A stretch of 64,000 nucleotides of DNA from Eledone cirrhosa (Eukaryota): positions 96,410,001 through 96,474,000 of the forward strand of contig OZ024746.1 in NCBI GenBank assembly GCA_964016885.1, read 5' to 3'. Made by a program: the position numbers and the translations under genes. This document shows positions 24,491 to 36,634 of the stretch, piece by piece (the first letter of the stretch is position 1; each line of letters begins with the position of its first letter). The notes beneath the pieces are model-generated. The model did not search any database and was not told the origin of the DNA. It was given only the letters and a program-made list of their open reading frames with translations.

Positions 24491-25405
24491 TAGACTATTG
24501 GGTGAATTTGTTGATTCTTTTTTTGTCTATATGTGTGTACAAGACTGTGTGTGTATGCGTGCCACCCTCTGTGAATGTGTGTGTGCCTGTGTATGCCTCG
24601 CTGGATGTGTGTGTGTGTGTGTGTGTGCATGATATCAGTGAGTGTATGTATATATGTGTTCGTGCCACTCTGCATGTGTGTGCGTGTGTGTGTGTGTGTG
24701 CAATCTCAGTGAATCTATGTATATATGTGTTCGTGCCACTCTGCATGTGTGTGTGTGTGTGTGCGATCTCAGTGAATGTATGTATGTATGTGTTCGTGCC
24801 TCTCTGCATGTGTGTGTGTGTGTTTTCTTTTGAAAATTTCTTCCCTCAATTTTATACATGGCTTTTTTACAAGGAAAAGTATAGTAAATTGAATGCACCT
24901 TTTACCCTTTAGTCAGGGAGGGGGAAAAGGTAGTGCTCATGAGCCTTTAAATTTATTATTTTGCTTTTTCGGGGGCCTCCGAGACTGCAGAGAGGAAACC
25001 CAAAGGCTTGCAACAAATTGAATTCGGCAAAAGACCCCCGCAAAACCATGTGGCGGTGTTAAACCGGGAGAAGGATTAAATCCTGTATCCAACAACGCAG
25101 AACGCAAAGCACCGGAAAATATTTCGATCAACCGCCTAGTAGTTCTTCCAAAATCCAGCGTCTTGGATTGGTAATTTATTTTATCGACCACGAATCGATG
25201 AAAAGCAAAGTTGACCTCGATGTGATTTGAACTAAGAGCGAAGAGAGCAGGAATAAATATCACAACGTTATTTTTTATAACGACACCGCCAATTTTCTTC
25301 CTATGTTACAGGCGTTGATGTTGTTTATAAATCAGGGTAATGTTTAACAAGACATTCTAGTCGTCACCATTCCATCTTTTTGTAGATTTGTATTTACATT
25401 GTTAT

Positions 25406-25735
25406 AGGCGGCGACTTGGCAGAGTCGTTAGAACGTCGGATAGAATGCTTTGCGGTATTTGTTTCGGCTCTCTGCTTTCTGAGTTCAAATCCCACCGAGG
25501 TCAACTTTCATGCTTTCGCGGTCGATGAAAAAAGTACCAGTCTAATACTGGGTTGATTCTTCTTCTATATCTCTTTCTCTCTTCCATTCTTTCAATGTCT
25601 ACCCTTCTTTGGAAAAAAATATGCTGTATTCAGACCTGGAAAGGTGACAGGCTCCGCCAGGTTTCAAAAGTGCCCTAGAAACGCCGTATGTCAATACACC
25701 GCCCCTATGACTTCCCCAAGAGTGACGGGATCATA
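25406..25735 (+). mobile_element. SINE S1 long-tail subfamily; also at 27199-28145, 43320-43620 (-) and 61272-61610
   Basis: S1 head and body plus tail ...gaaacgccgtatgtcaatac...gacgggatcatac. Confidence 0.75.
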
Positions 25736-25904
25736 CATACATTTACATTGTCTAATATATTCTTCTTTATTTAAGACTAACGTAAATTTTAACCCTTTTG
25801 TTACCATATTTCTAATGAAATACAAAATCTATGATTTTCAATTAATACTGAAAATAATCTAAAAGTAACTTTCTCAGTATATAATTTGGTGTTTGGAACA
25901 TAAC

Positions 25905-26330
25905 TTATTCCTGAGAGGGTCGTGGCGGCAGAGTTCTCAAACACTCCTTCCAGCGGGTTCTGTCAGAACAACCGTCTCCAACTGATCCGGCTAGATCCCC
26001 AAGCGAGACCAGCCAAGCTCATGGATGTTATCCAACCATCTTACTCGGGATCCATCCCTGGGTCTCCTGCCGGTTGGTTTTGCCCATAAAATCTGTCTAG
26101 CGATTAATCCCTGAGACATTCGAACCACATGGCCATAGTATCGGAGCTGTGATCTCTCAATTCGTTGAAGTAGCGGCTCTACCTGGAGTGACTCTCTGAT
26201 CTCCAAGCTACACACTTTATCGAATAATGTTACTCCAAAGTCCTTCGGAGGAACCCCATTTCGGCCGCTTGTATTCGCGATCGTATTCTTTCAATCATTA
26301 CCCAAGATTAACGACCATCAATAAGGGTCT
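25905..26330 (-). mobile_element. RTE-clade LINE 3' fragment
   Basis: ORF 25991-26215: IRESLQVEPLLQRIERSQLRYYGHVVRMSQGLIARQILWAKPTGRRPR. Confidence 0.85.
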
Positions 26331-27215
26331 TATATAAAATTATGATGGAAGAGTTTTAGATAAATATACACACGTTAACACAAACAATTTTGTATAAAAA
26401 AAAAACAGGGGCAGTTTTAATGTACTTGACAAGGCTTCCCTTTTAAATTACAGGGTTCAATGGTTCCCAAACAGTTTCCTTTTACCCAATTTCACACACA
26501 AGGTATGGGTTGAACTCAGATACCACACAACGGGATCGAACCCAGGACTTAATGATTGCGAAGTTAACCTTTTAATCATTTGGAAAGATTGAATTTCTGG
26601 TGATGGTCTTTTTATTCATTTTGTTCTTTTTCTAGTTTCAGATGTTCGATTGTGGCCATACTGAGGCATCACCCTTAAACAAAGAATACATCGAAAGTTA
26701 AACAGTATAAGGGACAAACCCATGACAGAGCTAACCGACCTTTCATGCGGCCTACTTCAGAATCTCTTCCGACAGACACTCAAGAATTTAACTTTATGGT
26801 CTCGCCATGTTCAGCCGTCGTTCGATCTACTAGAAATCACAGTCAAATCCCCCTTCGAATCATACACTACTGCATTAAAAAAATAAAATTAAAAAAAAAA
26901 ACACTATGTTAGAATGTCAGGGATTCTCCGTCGGTTTCGACGAAGAGCCGGAGCAAATATCACATTTTATGTGATGGTCTAACAATTTCAGCGATCTACC
27001 GCCTTGAACTGGTAGTTTCTTTTATCGACCCTGAAAACATGAAAGACAAAGTTGACATCGGTGGTATTCGATCTCCCAGTCAGGAACCCGAAGACATTAT
27101 GTCCAACACTGTCGATTCTCATAATTCACAGTTGTTGTTAGTCTTTTCCTTATTTTAAATCTTTGAATATGTTCTTTTAATAAATATTATTTCAGCAGTA
27201 AGGCGGTGAATTGAC

Positions 27216-27850
27216 AGAGTCGTTAGAACGTCAGATAGAATGGTAGAGTGGTTAGAACGTCAGATAGAATGGTAGAGTGGTTAGAACGTCAGATAGAATA
27301 GTAGAGTCGTTAGAACGTCAGATAGAATGGTAGAGTGGTTAGAACGTCAGATAGAATAGTAGAGTCGTTAGAACGTCAGATAGAATAGTAGAGTGGTTAG
27401 AACGTCAGATAGAATAGTAGAGTGGTTAGAACGTCAGATAGAATAGTAGAGTCGTTAGAACGTCAGATAGAATGGTAGAGTCGTTAGAACGTCAGATAGA
27501 ATAGTAGAGTCGTTAGAACGTCAGATAGAATAGTAGAGTCGTTAGAACGTCAGATAGAATGGTAGAGTGGTTAGAACGTCAGATAGAATAGTAGAGTCGT
27601 TAGAACGTCAGATAGAATAGTAGAGTCGTTAGAACGTCAGATAGAATGGTAGAGTCGTTAGAACGTCAGATAGAATAGTAGAGTGGTTAGAACGTCAGAT
27701 AGAATAGTAGAGTCGTTAGAACGTCAGATAGAATAGTAGAGTCGTTAGAACGTCAGATAGAATAGTAGAGTCGTTAGAACGTCAGATAGAATAGTAGAGT
27801 CGTTAGAACGTCAGATAGAATGGTAGAGTCGTTAGAACGTCAGATAGAAT
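27216..27850 (+). repeat. 29-bp tandem array (~22 copies) expanded inside a SINE head
   Basis: Unit agagt(c/g)gttagaacgtcagatagaat(g/a)gt. The SINE continues to its B box at 27886. Confidence 0.95.
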
Positions 27851-28431
27851 GCTTTATAGTATTTGTTCCGGCTCTCTGCTCTCTCAGTTCAAATCCCGCT
27901 GCGGTTAACTTCGCCTTTCATCCATTCGAGGTTGATAAAAAAAAAAGTACCAGTCTAGTACTAGGGTCGATTCTTCCTCTATTTCTCTTTCTCACTTCCT
28001 TTCTCTCTCACTTCCCTTCTCTGGAAGAAATTTGCTATATTCAGCCCTGAAGAGGGATGGGCTCCACCAGGTTTTAAAATACTCTAGAAACGCCGTATGT
28101 CAATGTGGTGCCCCTACGACTCCTTCAGGAGTTATGGGACCATGTATTCATTTCAGTCGTGTTTAACCGTTTGGTTACCAATCCGGCCAAAACCGGCTCT
28201 AGTTCTATGAAATAAGGTCACCCATTTTAAAAGTTTTCAATCCACCATATTTCCCGGCGTCGAAGACGCTACCTTTTTCCTAAAATAAGTCTCAAAAATG
28301 TACCATGCGTCCTGGAAGCCGAAGGTCGTTTATTATTTTTTTTTCAAATTTTTGCTTGTCAAAATTAGGGTGCATCCTCGAGGACAAAGCGTAAGAACCT
28401 TATATTAAGTTATTATCTTAGTAATGAAACC

Positions 28432-28620
28432 CGGTGGATTGGCAGTATCGGTAGAGGGTCGGACGCCATGCTTTGCAGCAAAGAGTTTCGGCCCTTTATG
28501 GTCTAAGTTCAAATCTCGCCGAGGTTAACTTTGCCTTTCATCCTTATAGGGTCGATAAAATAAAGTACCAGTAATGTACTGGGTAATTGCTGGCCTTGTG
28601 CCAAAAGTAGAAACAATTAT
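28432..28620 (+). mobile_element. SINE S1 with 18-bp TSD attatcttagtaatgaaa
   Basis: Direct repeats at 28412-28429 and 28616-28633. Confidence 0.85.
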
Positions 28621-29289
28621 CTTAGTAATGAAATAATTAATAATGTTAGTAAATCCCTCGAAATTCTTCTTTAATTAATTTATATAGAGTGCATTTCGTT
28701 AAAAATGCTGTCAAGAAGGGACACAGTATGATCGAATGGTTAAGAAGTTCGCTTCATAACCATGAGATACCGGGTTCGATTCCACTGCATGACATCTTGG
28801 ACAAGTGTCGTTTACCATAGTCTAATCAGGGAAATCAGACGGACGGAATGTTTGGAAGTCAGTCGAATTGACTGTAGCTGTAATTCAAAGGACCAGTCCT
28901 ATCATGTTGGATCTCCCTGAGAATTACATTAAGAGTGAACATGTTTGTTAAATGTTCGACTACTTACACATTTATTTCACGAGTAGTCTGTTCCATTGAT
29001 CAAATAACTGGAACATTCATCGTTAAAACCGACAGAGATCCATTTCAGGCATGTAACACACAGTGTCACACTAAATCTCTCTCTGGGAATTACGTTATGG
29101 ATACACGTGTCTGCGGAATGCTTAGTCATTTTACATGTTAATTTTATGAGCAGGCTGTTTCGTTAATGGAACTACTGGGGCACTCACCATCGAAAATGAT
29201 GGAGATCCATTCTACTGTAAAAGTACTTTGATTTACTGTAAATTACATACATGAGAGCCTGATGGTGGCCAGGCGTTGGTAACAAATTC

Positions 29290-29650
29290 TCCTAGGTATA
29301 GCTGAACAATATTTGTTTTTTCTATATTTGGGGAGGCTAATGTTGTCCTAATATTGCCAGAAATAGTAAAACACTCACTGTTTGGTTTGGTTTTCGCTTC
29401 ACTTTCAGTATATTTTTATATTTCCATAAATAATTTAGCTGTCAATCAATGTTTCTCATTGATTGACTAACAGTTAAAATATAAATATAATTTCTCAACG
29501 TTCTTTCGTCACACATTCTCTGACATCTTCAGTGATTATTGTTGTGTTACTTTCTGTTGTTTTGGTTGTCTCTGTGTACGTTTGTGTGTGTGTGTATTCT
29601 GTTTGCTATGTGCGTGTATTGTTTGGTGTGTGCGTTTGTGTGCGTGTATT
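29290..29650 (-). mobile_element. PLE pseudo-LTR fragment with degraded hammerhead (about 29495-29536)
   Basis: Minus strand CTGAAGA-t-gtca..tgac-GAAA-gaacg. Homologous to 1213-1583 and 33548-33828. Confidence 0.65.
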
Positions 29651-29797
29651 GTATCAGGATGCTTCCTGGTGATTTCTCCCGAATGAAACATTTCTAGTCC
29701 TGTAGAAGCCTTTTCTATATTAAATATTTATACTCTGCTTTGTATTGAGTACCTTACTTACTGTGCTTACTCCCGATTGAACCCGGGATAATCTTAT

Positions 29798-29831
<34 letters not shown>

Positions 29832-29906
29832 TAGGTCATTTTGTATGAAATGTCCGAAAATAAACTAAAGTTTCAATTCAAAATCTGACATTTCATATTT
29901 AATGAC

Positions 29907-29986
<80 letters not shown>

Positions 29987-30235
29987 ATAAGTGGAAGCTT
30001 AGTAAAATCGAAGTTTTGGCTGTGGCCAAGCAAAGTCGACCTACAATAAGGAATGAGTAGCAAAGCACTCAATAGGGGTAGGTCCTTAGAGTAATAACAT
30101 TACGTTTAAAAAGCTTGACAAATTGAAAATTGCGGTAGGCAAAACCCAACCATACAATACCAAAAACAACGAAAGGACTAATCAGGTTAGTTCTTTCGTT
30201 GTTTTTTGGTGTATATATATATATATATATATATA

Positions 30236-30296
<61 letters not shown>

Positions 30297-30663
30297 CACT
30301 GATAGCAATATAGGTCAGCGGCAGTAAGCAGGTCACTGTGTACTTTTGCAACAGTACAAGTTGGATTTGAAAATAATCAGGTGAAAGTATGTCATATATA
30401 TATATATACATGCATGCACACACATATACATGCGTGTGTGTTTACATATATATATATATACACATACGTACATATATTTATTATATGTATATGTGTATAT
30501 ATATATATTTGTATGTATATGTGTATATATATATATAATATATATATACATATATATCTATATGTATATGTGTATAAATATATATATAATATATATACAC
30601 ACATATATATATATAATATATAATATATATTCATACATATATCTATTATATATATATATATAT

Positions 30664-30814
30664 AGTAATAATAATAAATTTGAAGACTAAAATCCAAAGA
30701 GGGCTCGATAAGGATAAATCTATATCAAATATATAAGAACCGTAGAGCAAATATTTATTAAAATAACAGATTAAAGTTTAAGCAAAGAATCGCTGCTTTC
30801 ACCCTTAATGGGAT
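30664..30814 (-). mobile_element. PLE-like family C 3' end; also at 48590-49292, 49915-50150 and 50212-50465
   Basis: gtaataataaatttgaagactaaaatccaaagagggctcg...aagcaaagaatcgctgctttcaccc, always abutting (TA)n. Confidence 0.6.
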
Positions 30815-30990
30815 CGACTTTCGTCAAATCGGACCGAGGAAACAATGTTTCCGTTGGTCTTTCCAATTGCTAATACTATCTATCGGTCGCAACTCCAGGT
30901 AGAAGGAGTAACGTGAAATAAAGTGTCTTGCTCAAGGATATAACACATCGACCGAACTCACAACCGCAAGATTGTGAATCCAATTCTCAA

Positions 30991-33320
30991 ACCTCAGTCT
31001 TAAGTCTACTACAGACCTTATACTACTATATATTATCATCAAACCTCAGTCTTAAGTCTACTCCAGACCTTATACTACTATATATTATCATCAGACCTCA
31101 GTCTTAAGTCTACTCCAGACCTTATACTACTATATATTATCATCAGACCTCAGTCTTAAGTCTTAAGTCTACTCCAGACCTTATACTACTATATATTATC
31201 ATCAGACCTCAGTCTTAAGTCTTAAGTCTACTCCAGACCTTATACTACTATATATTATCATCAGACCTCAGTCTTAAGTCTACTCCAGACCTTATACTAC
31301 TATATATTATCATCAGACCTCAGTCTTAAGTCTACTCCAGACCTTATACTACTATATATTATCATCAGACCTCAGTCTTAAGTCTACTCCAGACCTTATA
31401 CTACTATATATTATCATCAGACCTCAGTCTTAAGTCTTAAGTCTACTCCAGACCTTATACTACTATATATTATCATCAGACCTCAGTCTTAAGTCTACTC
31501 CAGACCTTATACTACTATATATTATCATCAGACCTCAGTCTTAAGTCTACTCCAGACCTTATACTACTATATATTATCATCAGACCTCAGTCTTAAGTCT
31601 ACTCCAGACCTTATACTACTATATATTATCATCAGACCTCAGTCTTAAGTCTACTACAGACCTTATACTACTATATATTATCATCAGACCTCAGTCTTAA
31701 GTCTACTACAGACCTTATACTACTATATGTTATCATCAGATCTCAGTCATAAGTCTACTACAGACCTTATACTACTATATATTATCATCAGACCTCAGTC
31801 TTAAGTCTTAAGTCTACTCCAGACCTTATACTACTATATATTATCATCAGACCTCAGTCTTAAGTCTACTCCAGACCTTATACTACTATATGTTATCATC
31901 AGACCTCAGTCTTAAGTCTTAAGTCTACTCCAGACCTTATACTACTATATGTTATCATCAGACCTCAGTCTTAAGTCTACTACAGACCTTATACTACTAT
32001 ATATTATCATCAGACCTCAGTCTTAAGTCTACTACAGACCTTATACTACTATATATTATCATCAGACCTCAGTCTTAAGTCTACTACAGACCTTATACTA
32101 CTATATGTTATCATCAGACCTCAGTCATAAGTCTACTACAGACCTTATACTACTATTTATTATCATCGGACCTCATAAGTCTACTCCAGACCTTATACTA
32201 CTATATATTATCATCAGACCTCAGTCTTAAGTCTACTACAGACCTTATACTACTATATGTTATCATCAGACCTCAGTCATAAGTCTACTACAGACCTTAT
32301 ACTACTATATATTATCATCAGACCTGTCTTAAGTCTACTACAGACCTTATACTACTATATATTATCATCAGACCTCAGTCATAAGTCTACTACAGACCTT
32401 ATACTACCATATGTTATCATCAGACCTCAGTCTTAAGTCTACTACAGACCTTCTACTACTATATATTATCATCAGACCTCAGTCATAAGTCTACTACAGA
32501 CCTTATAGTACTATTTATTATCATCAGACCTCAGTCTTAAGTCATAAGTCTACTACAGACCTTCTACTACTATATATTATCATCAGACCTCAGTCATAAG
32601 TCTACTACAGACCTTATACTACTATATGTTATCATCAGACCTCAGTCTTAAGTCTACTACAGACCTTATACTACTATATATTATCATCAGACCTCAGTCT
32701 TAAGTCTACTACAGACCTTATACTACTATATGTTATCATCAGACCTCAGTCATAAGTCTACTACAGACCTTATACTACTATTTATTATCATCGAACCTCA
32801 GTCTTAAGTCATAAGTCTACTCCAGACCTTATACTACTATATATTATCATCAGACCTCAGTCTTAAGTCTACTACAGACCTTATACTACTATATGTTATC
32901 ATCAGACCTCAGTCATAAGTCTACTACAGACCTTATACTACTATATATTATCATCAGACCTCAGTCTTAAGTCTACTACAGACCTTATACTACTATATAT
33001 TATCATCAGACCTCAGTCATAAGTCTACTACAGACCTTATACTACCATATGTTATCATCAGACCTCAGTCTTAAGTCTACTACAGACCTTCTACTACTAT
33101 ATATTATCATCAGACCTCAGTCATAAGTCTACTACAGACCTTATAGTACTATTTATTATCATCAGACCTCAGTCTTAAGTCATAAGTCTACTACAGACCT
33201 TCTACTACTATATATTATCATCAGACCTCAGTCATAAGTCTACTACAGACCTTATACTACTATATGTTATCATCAGACCTCAGTATTAAGTCTACTACAG
33301 ACCTTATACTACTATATGTT
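30991..33320. repeat. 52-bp satellite, ~44 copies, with 59-bp variants and a 638-bp higher-order duplication
   Basis: Unit tcatcagacctcagtcttaagtctact(a/c)cagaccttatactactatatatta. Diagnostic variants recur 638 bp apart (32404/33042; 32503/33141). Confidence 0.95.
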
Positions 33321-33420
33321 AAAACAAACCCGACAGAAACAAAAACCATGAAAAAAAACCTGTTTTCAATCATAGATATATTCCAAAAATAGAAGGATGA
33401 ATGAAAGGTTGAGAAAGATA

Positions 33421-33493
<73 letters not shown>

Positions 33494-33699
33494 CGTTTCT
33501 GAATTTGTTTAGCAAGATTCTTTATCTGAAAACGTGTGTTGAAACCGATATTGTTATACTTTGGGAGGGTCATGTTGCCAATAAGAAACACACGAACCAG
33601 TTTCTTTCACTTCAATTTATTATAAATTAAATTTATAAATTTAGGAATTTATAAATTTCCGGTTGGTTGGTTCCACAACCAGATGATTGTTCATATATT

Positions 33700-33742
33700 G
33701 TCAAAGTTCTTTCGTCACACATTCTGTGACCTCTTCAGTGAC
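33700..33742 (-). ncRNA. Minimal type I hammerhead ribozyme, intact core
   Basis: GTCA-CTGAAGA-g-GTCACA-gaatg-TGTGAC-GAAA-gaac-TT-TGAC. Confidence 0.8.
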
Positions 33743-33859
33743 TGGGGATTCTTTTCTTTGTTCGTGTGCCTCTCCTTTGTTCTGTCCTACGCCATCTTGT
33801 TTTTGTGTGTGTTGTGTGCTTAGTTTGCATATAGAGGAGCCAGAACCAAATGGGAAAAA

Positions 33860-34573
33860 ATGGTTAATAATGATACAAATGGGACCTGCCCCTTGTATAG
33901 GAGCAAATTTTGGAATAGAATAGAAAGAACTAGGAATAAGGCTAATAGAATAAACTCATGGTATGATAGCAATAAATACCAGAGTGTAATGTTCATCGAT
34001 ACAACCCCTAGAGGTGAATTAGCTTACAAATTTAGAAGGGCCCTAGATAAACATAAACTCAATATTAAGATAGTAGAAAGACCAGGTACCTCCATAAAAA
34101 CACTTATTAGCAATACATACCCTTTTCAAAGACCTCGCTGTATAAATAAGAAATGTATAATTTGTAAATTAAGCCCCCATATTAACTGTAAAACTAGAAA
34201 TGTAGTATATAGCATAAGATGTACTGAAGGACAATGTAGAGATAAGAATATAGTGTACATAGGTGATACAGCTCGTAGTATAGGGGAACGGATAAATGAA
34301 CACGGGCGAGAGCTTAAAGATAGTAAAGAATCATCTGTACTCCACCAACATGCTAAAATAGAACATAAGGGTAAATTAGAGAACATAGAAATAAAAATAG
34401 AATCTACACACAGAAAAGACGCAATGTTTAGACAAATCACAGAGGCAATAAACATAAATGAACTCCAACCAAAATTAAATAGAAAACATGAGTGGAACAG
34501 CAACATCACAACTTACAAAATTAAGGACAAAATGAAAATACACACACACATAGAACAAACAACCAACCAGTAA
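33860..34573 (+). CDS. Penelope-like polyprotein C-terminal part (Cys linker plus GIY-YIG endonuclease), 5'-truncated
   Basis: C-x4-C-x2-C linker; NVVYSIRC...VYIGDTARSIGERINEH...SSVLHQH...RQITEAINI...PKLN. Confidence 0.85.
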   Translation: MVNNDTNGTCPLYRSKFWNRIERTRNKANRINSWYDSNKYQSVMFIDTTPRGELAYKFRRALDKHKLNIKIVERPGTSIKTLISNTYPFQRPRCINKKCIICKLSPHINCKTRNVVYSIRCTEGQCRDKNIVYIGDTARSIGERINEHGRELKDSKESSVLHQHAKIEHKGKLENIEIKIESTHRKDAMFRQITEAININELQPKLNRKHEWNSNITTYKIKDKMKIHTHIEQTTNQ

Positions 34574-34722
34574 CATGTAAATAAACAAATAAATAAACAA
34601 ATATAAACACACACAGACACCCGGATGTAACACATGCGCAAACTAAGCACACAACACACACAAAAACAAGATGGCGTAGGACAGAACAAAGGAGAGGCAA
34701 AAAACAAAGAAAAGAATCCCCA

Positions 34723-34765
34723 GTCACTAAAGAGGTCACATAATGTGTGACGAAAGAACTTTGAC
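34723..34765 (+). ncRNA. Hammerhead motif with G5A core change (CTAAAGA)
   Basis: Otherwise the same fold as 33700-33742. Confidence 0.7.
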
Positions 34766-34912
34766 AATATATGAACAACCATCTGGTTGTGGAACCAACC
34801 AACCAACCGGAAATTTATAAATTCCTAAATTTATAAATTTTATTTCTAATAAATTGAAGTGAAACAACTGGTGCGTGTGTTTCTTATTGGCAACATGACC
34901 CTCCCAAAGTAT

Positions 34913-34957
<45 letters not shown>

Positions 34958-35005
34958 GCGCATGCGCGTTCCTACGGTTGTCCTTCCCGTTCCGTATAAC
35001 CATGT

Positions 35006-35055
35006 CCATTACGAGCTGAGGATCCGCAAAGGTAAAACAATTGTTCTCAGTATGG
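35006..35055 (+). ncRNA. Type I hammerhead motif (G12A) in a TA-flanked micro-element at 34955-35143
   Basis: cca-t-tac-gag-CTGAGGA-t-cc-gcaaa-gg-t-AAAA-caattg-TT-ctc-a-gta-tgg. Confidence 0.65.
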
Positions 35056-35442
35056 TGAACTGTTGTGTAACCACTTCTACCTAACTCGTCCCATGGACTG
35101 AGTACTCTACCACTACGGATATTACCTTCCAGTGTTCTACCACTATATATATATATATATATATATGCACACGCGTGTGTGTGCGCGCCTTTATATGTGT
35201 ATGTGTGTGTATTTAATAAATTACAAAAATATTGCACATACATATATATGTATGTACATATATATGTATGTATGTACATATATATGTATGTATGTATGTA
35301 TGTTTGCATTCATGTACGTATTATTAAGATTTGGCTAATGTTAAATTATAGATTGTGACCGATGTATTTGAAATGGAAACTAAATATCAATTCGATTTGA
35401 CGAGAATGTTCTGTGTCATATACATATTAATACATAGTTATC

Positions 35443-35492
<50 letters not shown>

Positions 35493-35537
35493 CAAGAAAT
35501 AAGAGTGACACGGTTTGCTATACAATAAGGGCTTTAT

Positions 35538-35656
35538 TCACATTGTTGACAATTGTTTCTCTGAACTGGTAGGTCTAGAGATCGCTACCCGCCTGTTTCT
35601 GCGTCAATCGATCACCAATACATAGTTATAACCAGTCAATTCATCAGAGCATGCGA
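35538..35656 (-). ncRNA. Type I hammerhead with 81-nt stem II domain, in TA-flanked element 35489-35680
   Basis: tcgcatgct-CTGATGA-at-tgactggt...accagttca-ga-GAAA-caattg-TC-aacaatgtga, followed by aataaa. Confidence 0.6.
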
Positions 35657-35677
35657 GAACAATAATTTGTTATCCCG

Positions 35678-35715
<38 letters not shown>

Positions 35716-35814
35716 GAGGTTATATTTAATTTGATGGGATTCAACAGGAAGCTCCAACCGTTAAGGTTGTCTTTTTTTCCGGGTATGTCAATATTTATTT
35801 ATAAAACAAATCTA

Positions 35815-35880
35815 TATTTTATCTGATGAAAGCGCACCATAATTTGCCTTGGTTGCCCTTGAAATATATATAATAAAATA
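35815..35880 (+). ncRNA. Type I hammerhead ribozyme, intact core (element 35713-35922)
   Basis: tattttat-CTGATGA-aagcgcacca..tggttgccctt-GAAA-tatata-TA-ataaaata. Confidence 0.75.
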
Positions 35881-36285
35881 AATATGGTTTTATAAATATA
35901 GTTTCCATTTATTAATATATTGTATATATATATATATATATAAGTAATAATAATAAATATATATATATATATATATATGATGGCTGCCCCCCCCCCCGCC
36001 CTCCGTTATCGAGTATGGCCATTGTACGAGTATACACAGAGTATACACATAGTTATTTGCCTCAACACAACACACGTAAATCGGGTGCCTATAAGGTTCC
36101 CGGACTCGAGTTTCTGCAGCACTAATGCAGCAGTAAGGTGCACTGCACCATCTGTCTGCATATATTATGCAACAATGCATAATCGGCTTATGCTGCTTCA
36201 TCAGCGGGTATCGCCTAATCAATAACCAATCGATCGACATAATCCAGACACCGGCCCGTCCCTGTGATGACTGTTTGTGACAACC

Positions 36286-36330
<45 letters not shown>

Positions 36331-36332
<2 letters not shown>

Positions 36333-36533
36333 GATGGCTGCCCCCTCGTTATCGAGTATGGCTATTGTACGATATACCATTATTAATAATTATTAATTAA
36401 TTCTATCGTACAATGCCTGTGCGTGAAGATATTTTTTAAAGTGAGGTAAGACTGTGCACTGAGCCAATCCCACTCTCTGAGCAACAGTAGCTATAACCCG
36501 AAAAAAAGATAATGTCAACATCATCGCTAACTA
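36331..36533 (-). mobile_element. Retroposon family A 3' fragment
   Basis: Reverse complement of about 18600-18818. Confidence 0.7.
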
Positions 36534-36548
36534 CATATACATACATAC

Positions 36549-36634
<86 letters not shown>

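Larger units (their letters stand above)
33491..34920 (+). mobile_element. 5'-truncated Penelope-like element with inverted pseudo-LTRs, inserted in (TA)n
   Basis: 33548-33828 and 34638-34920 are inverted repeats flanking a GIY-YIG ORF. Confidence 0.9.

Noticed and set aside
27216-27850. CRISPR-like appearance of the 29-bp repeat
   Set aside because: No unique spacers, SINE-derived, eukaryotic context and no cas genes.
30991-33320. CTGATGA on the minus strand of every satellite unit (retrozyme-like tandem hammerheads?)
   Set aside because: No GAAA or stems II/III in the unit, so it cannot form a hammerhead.
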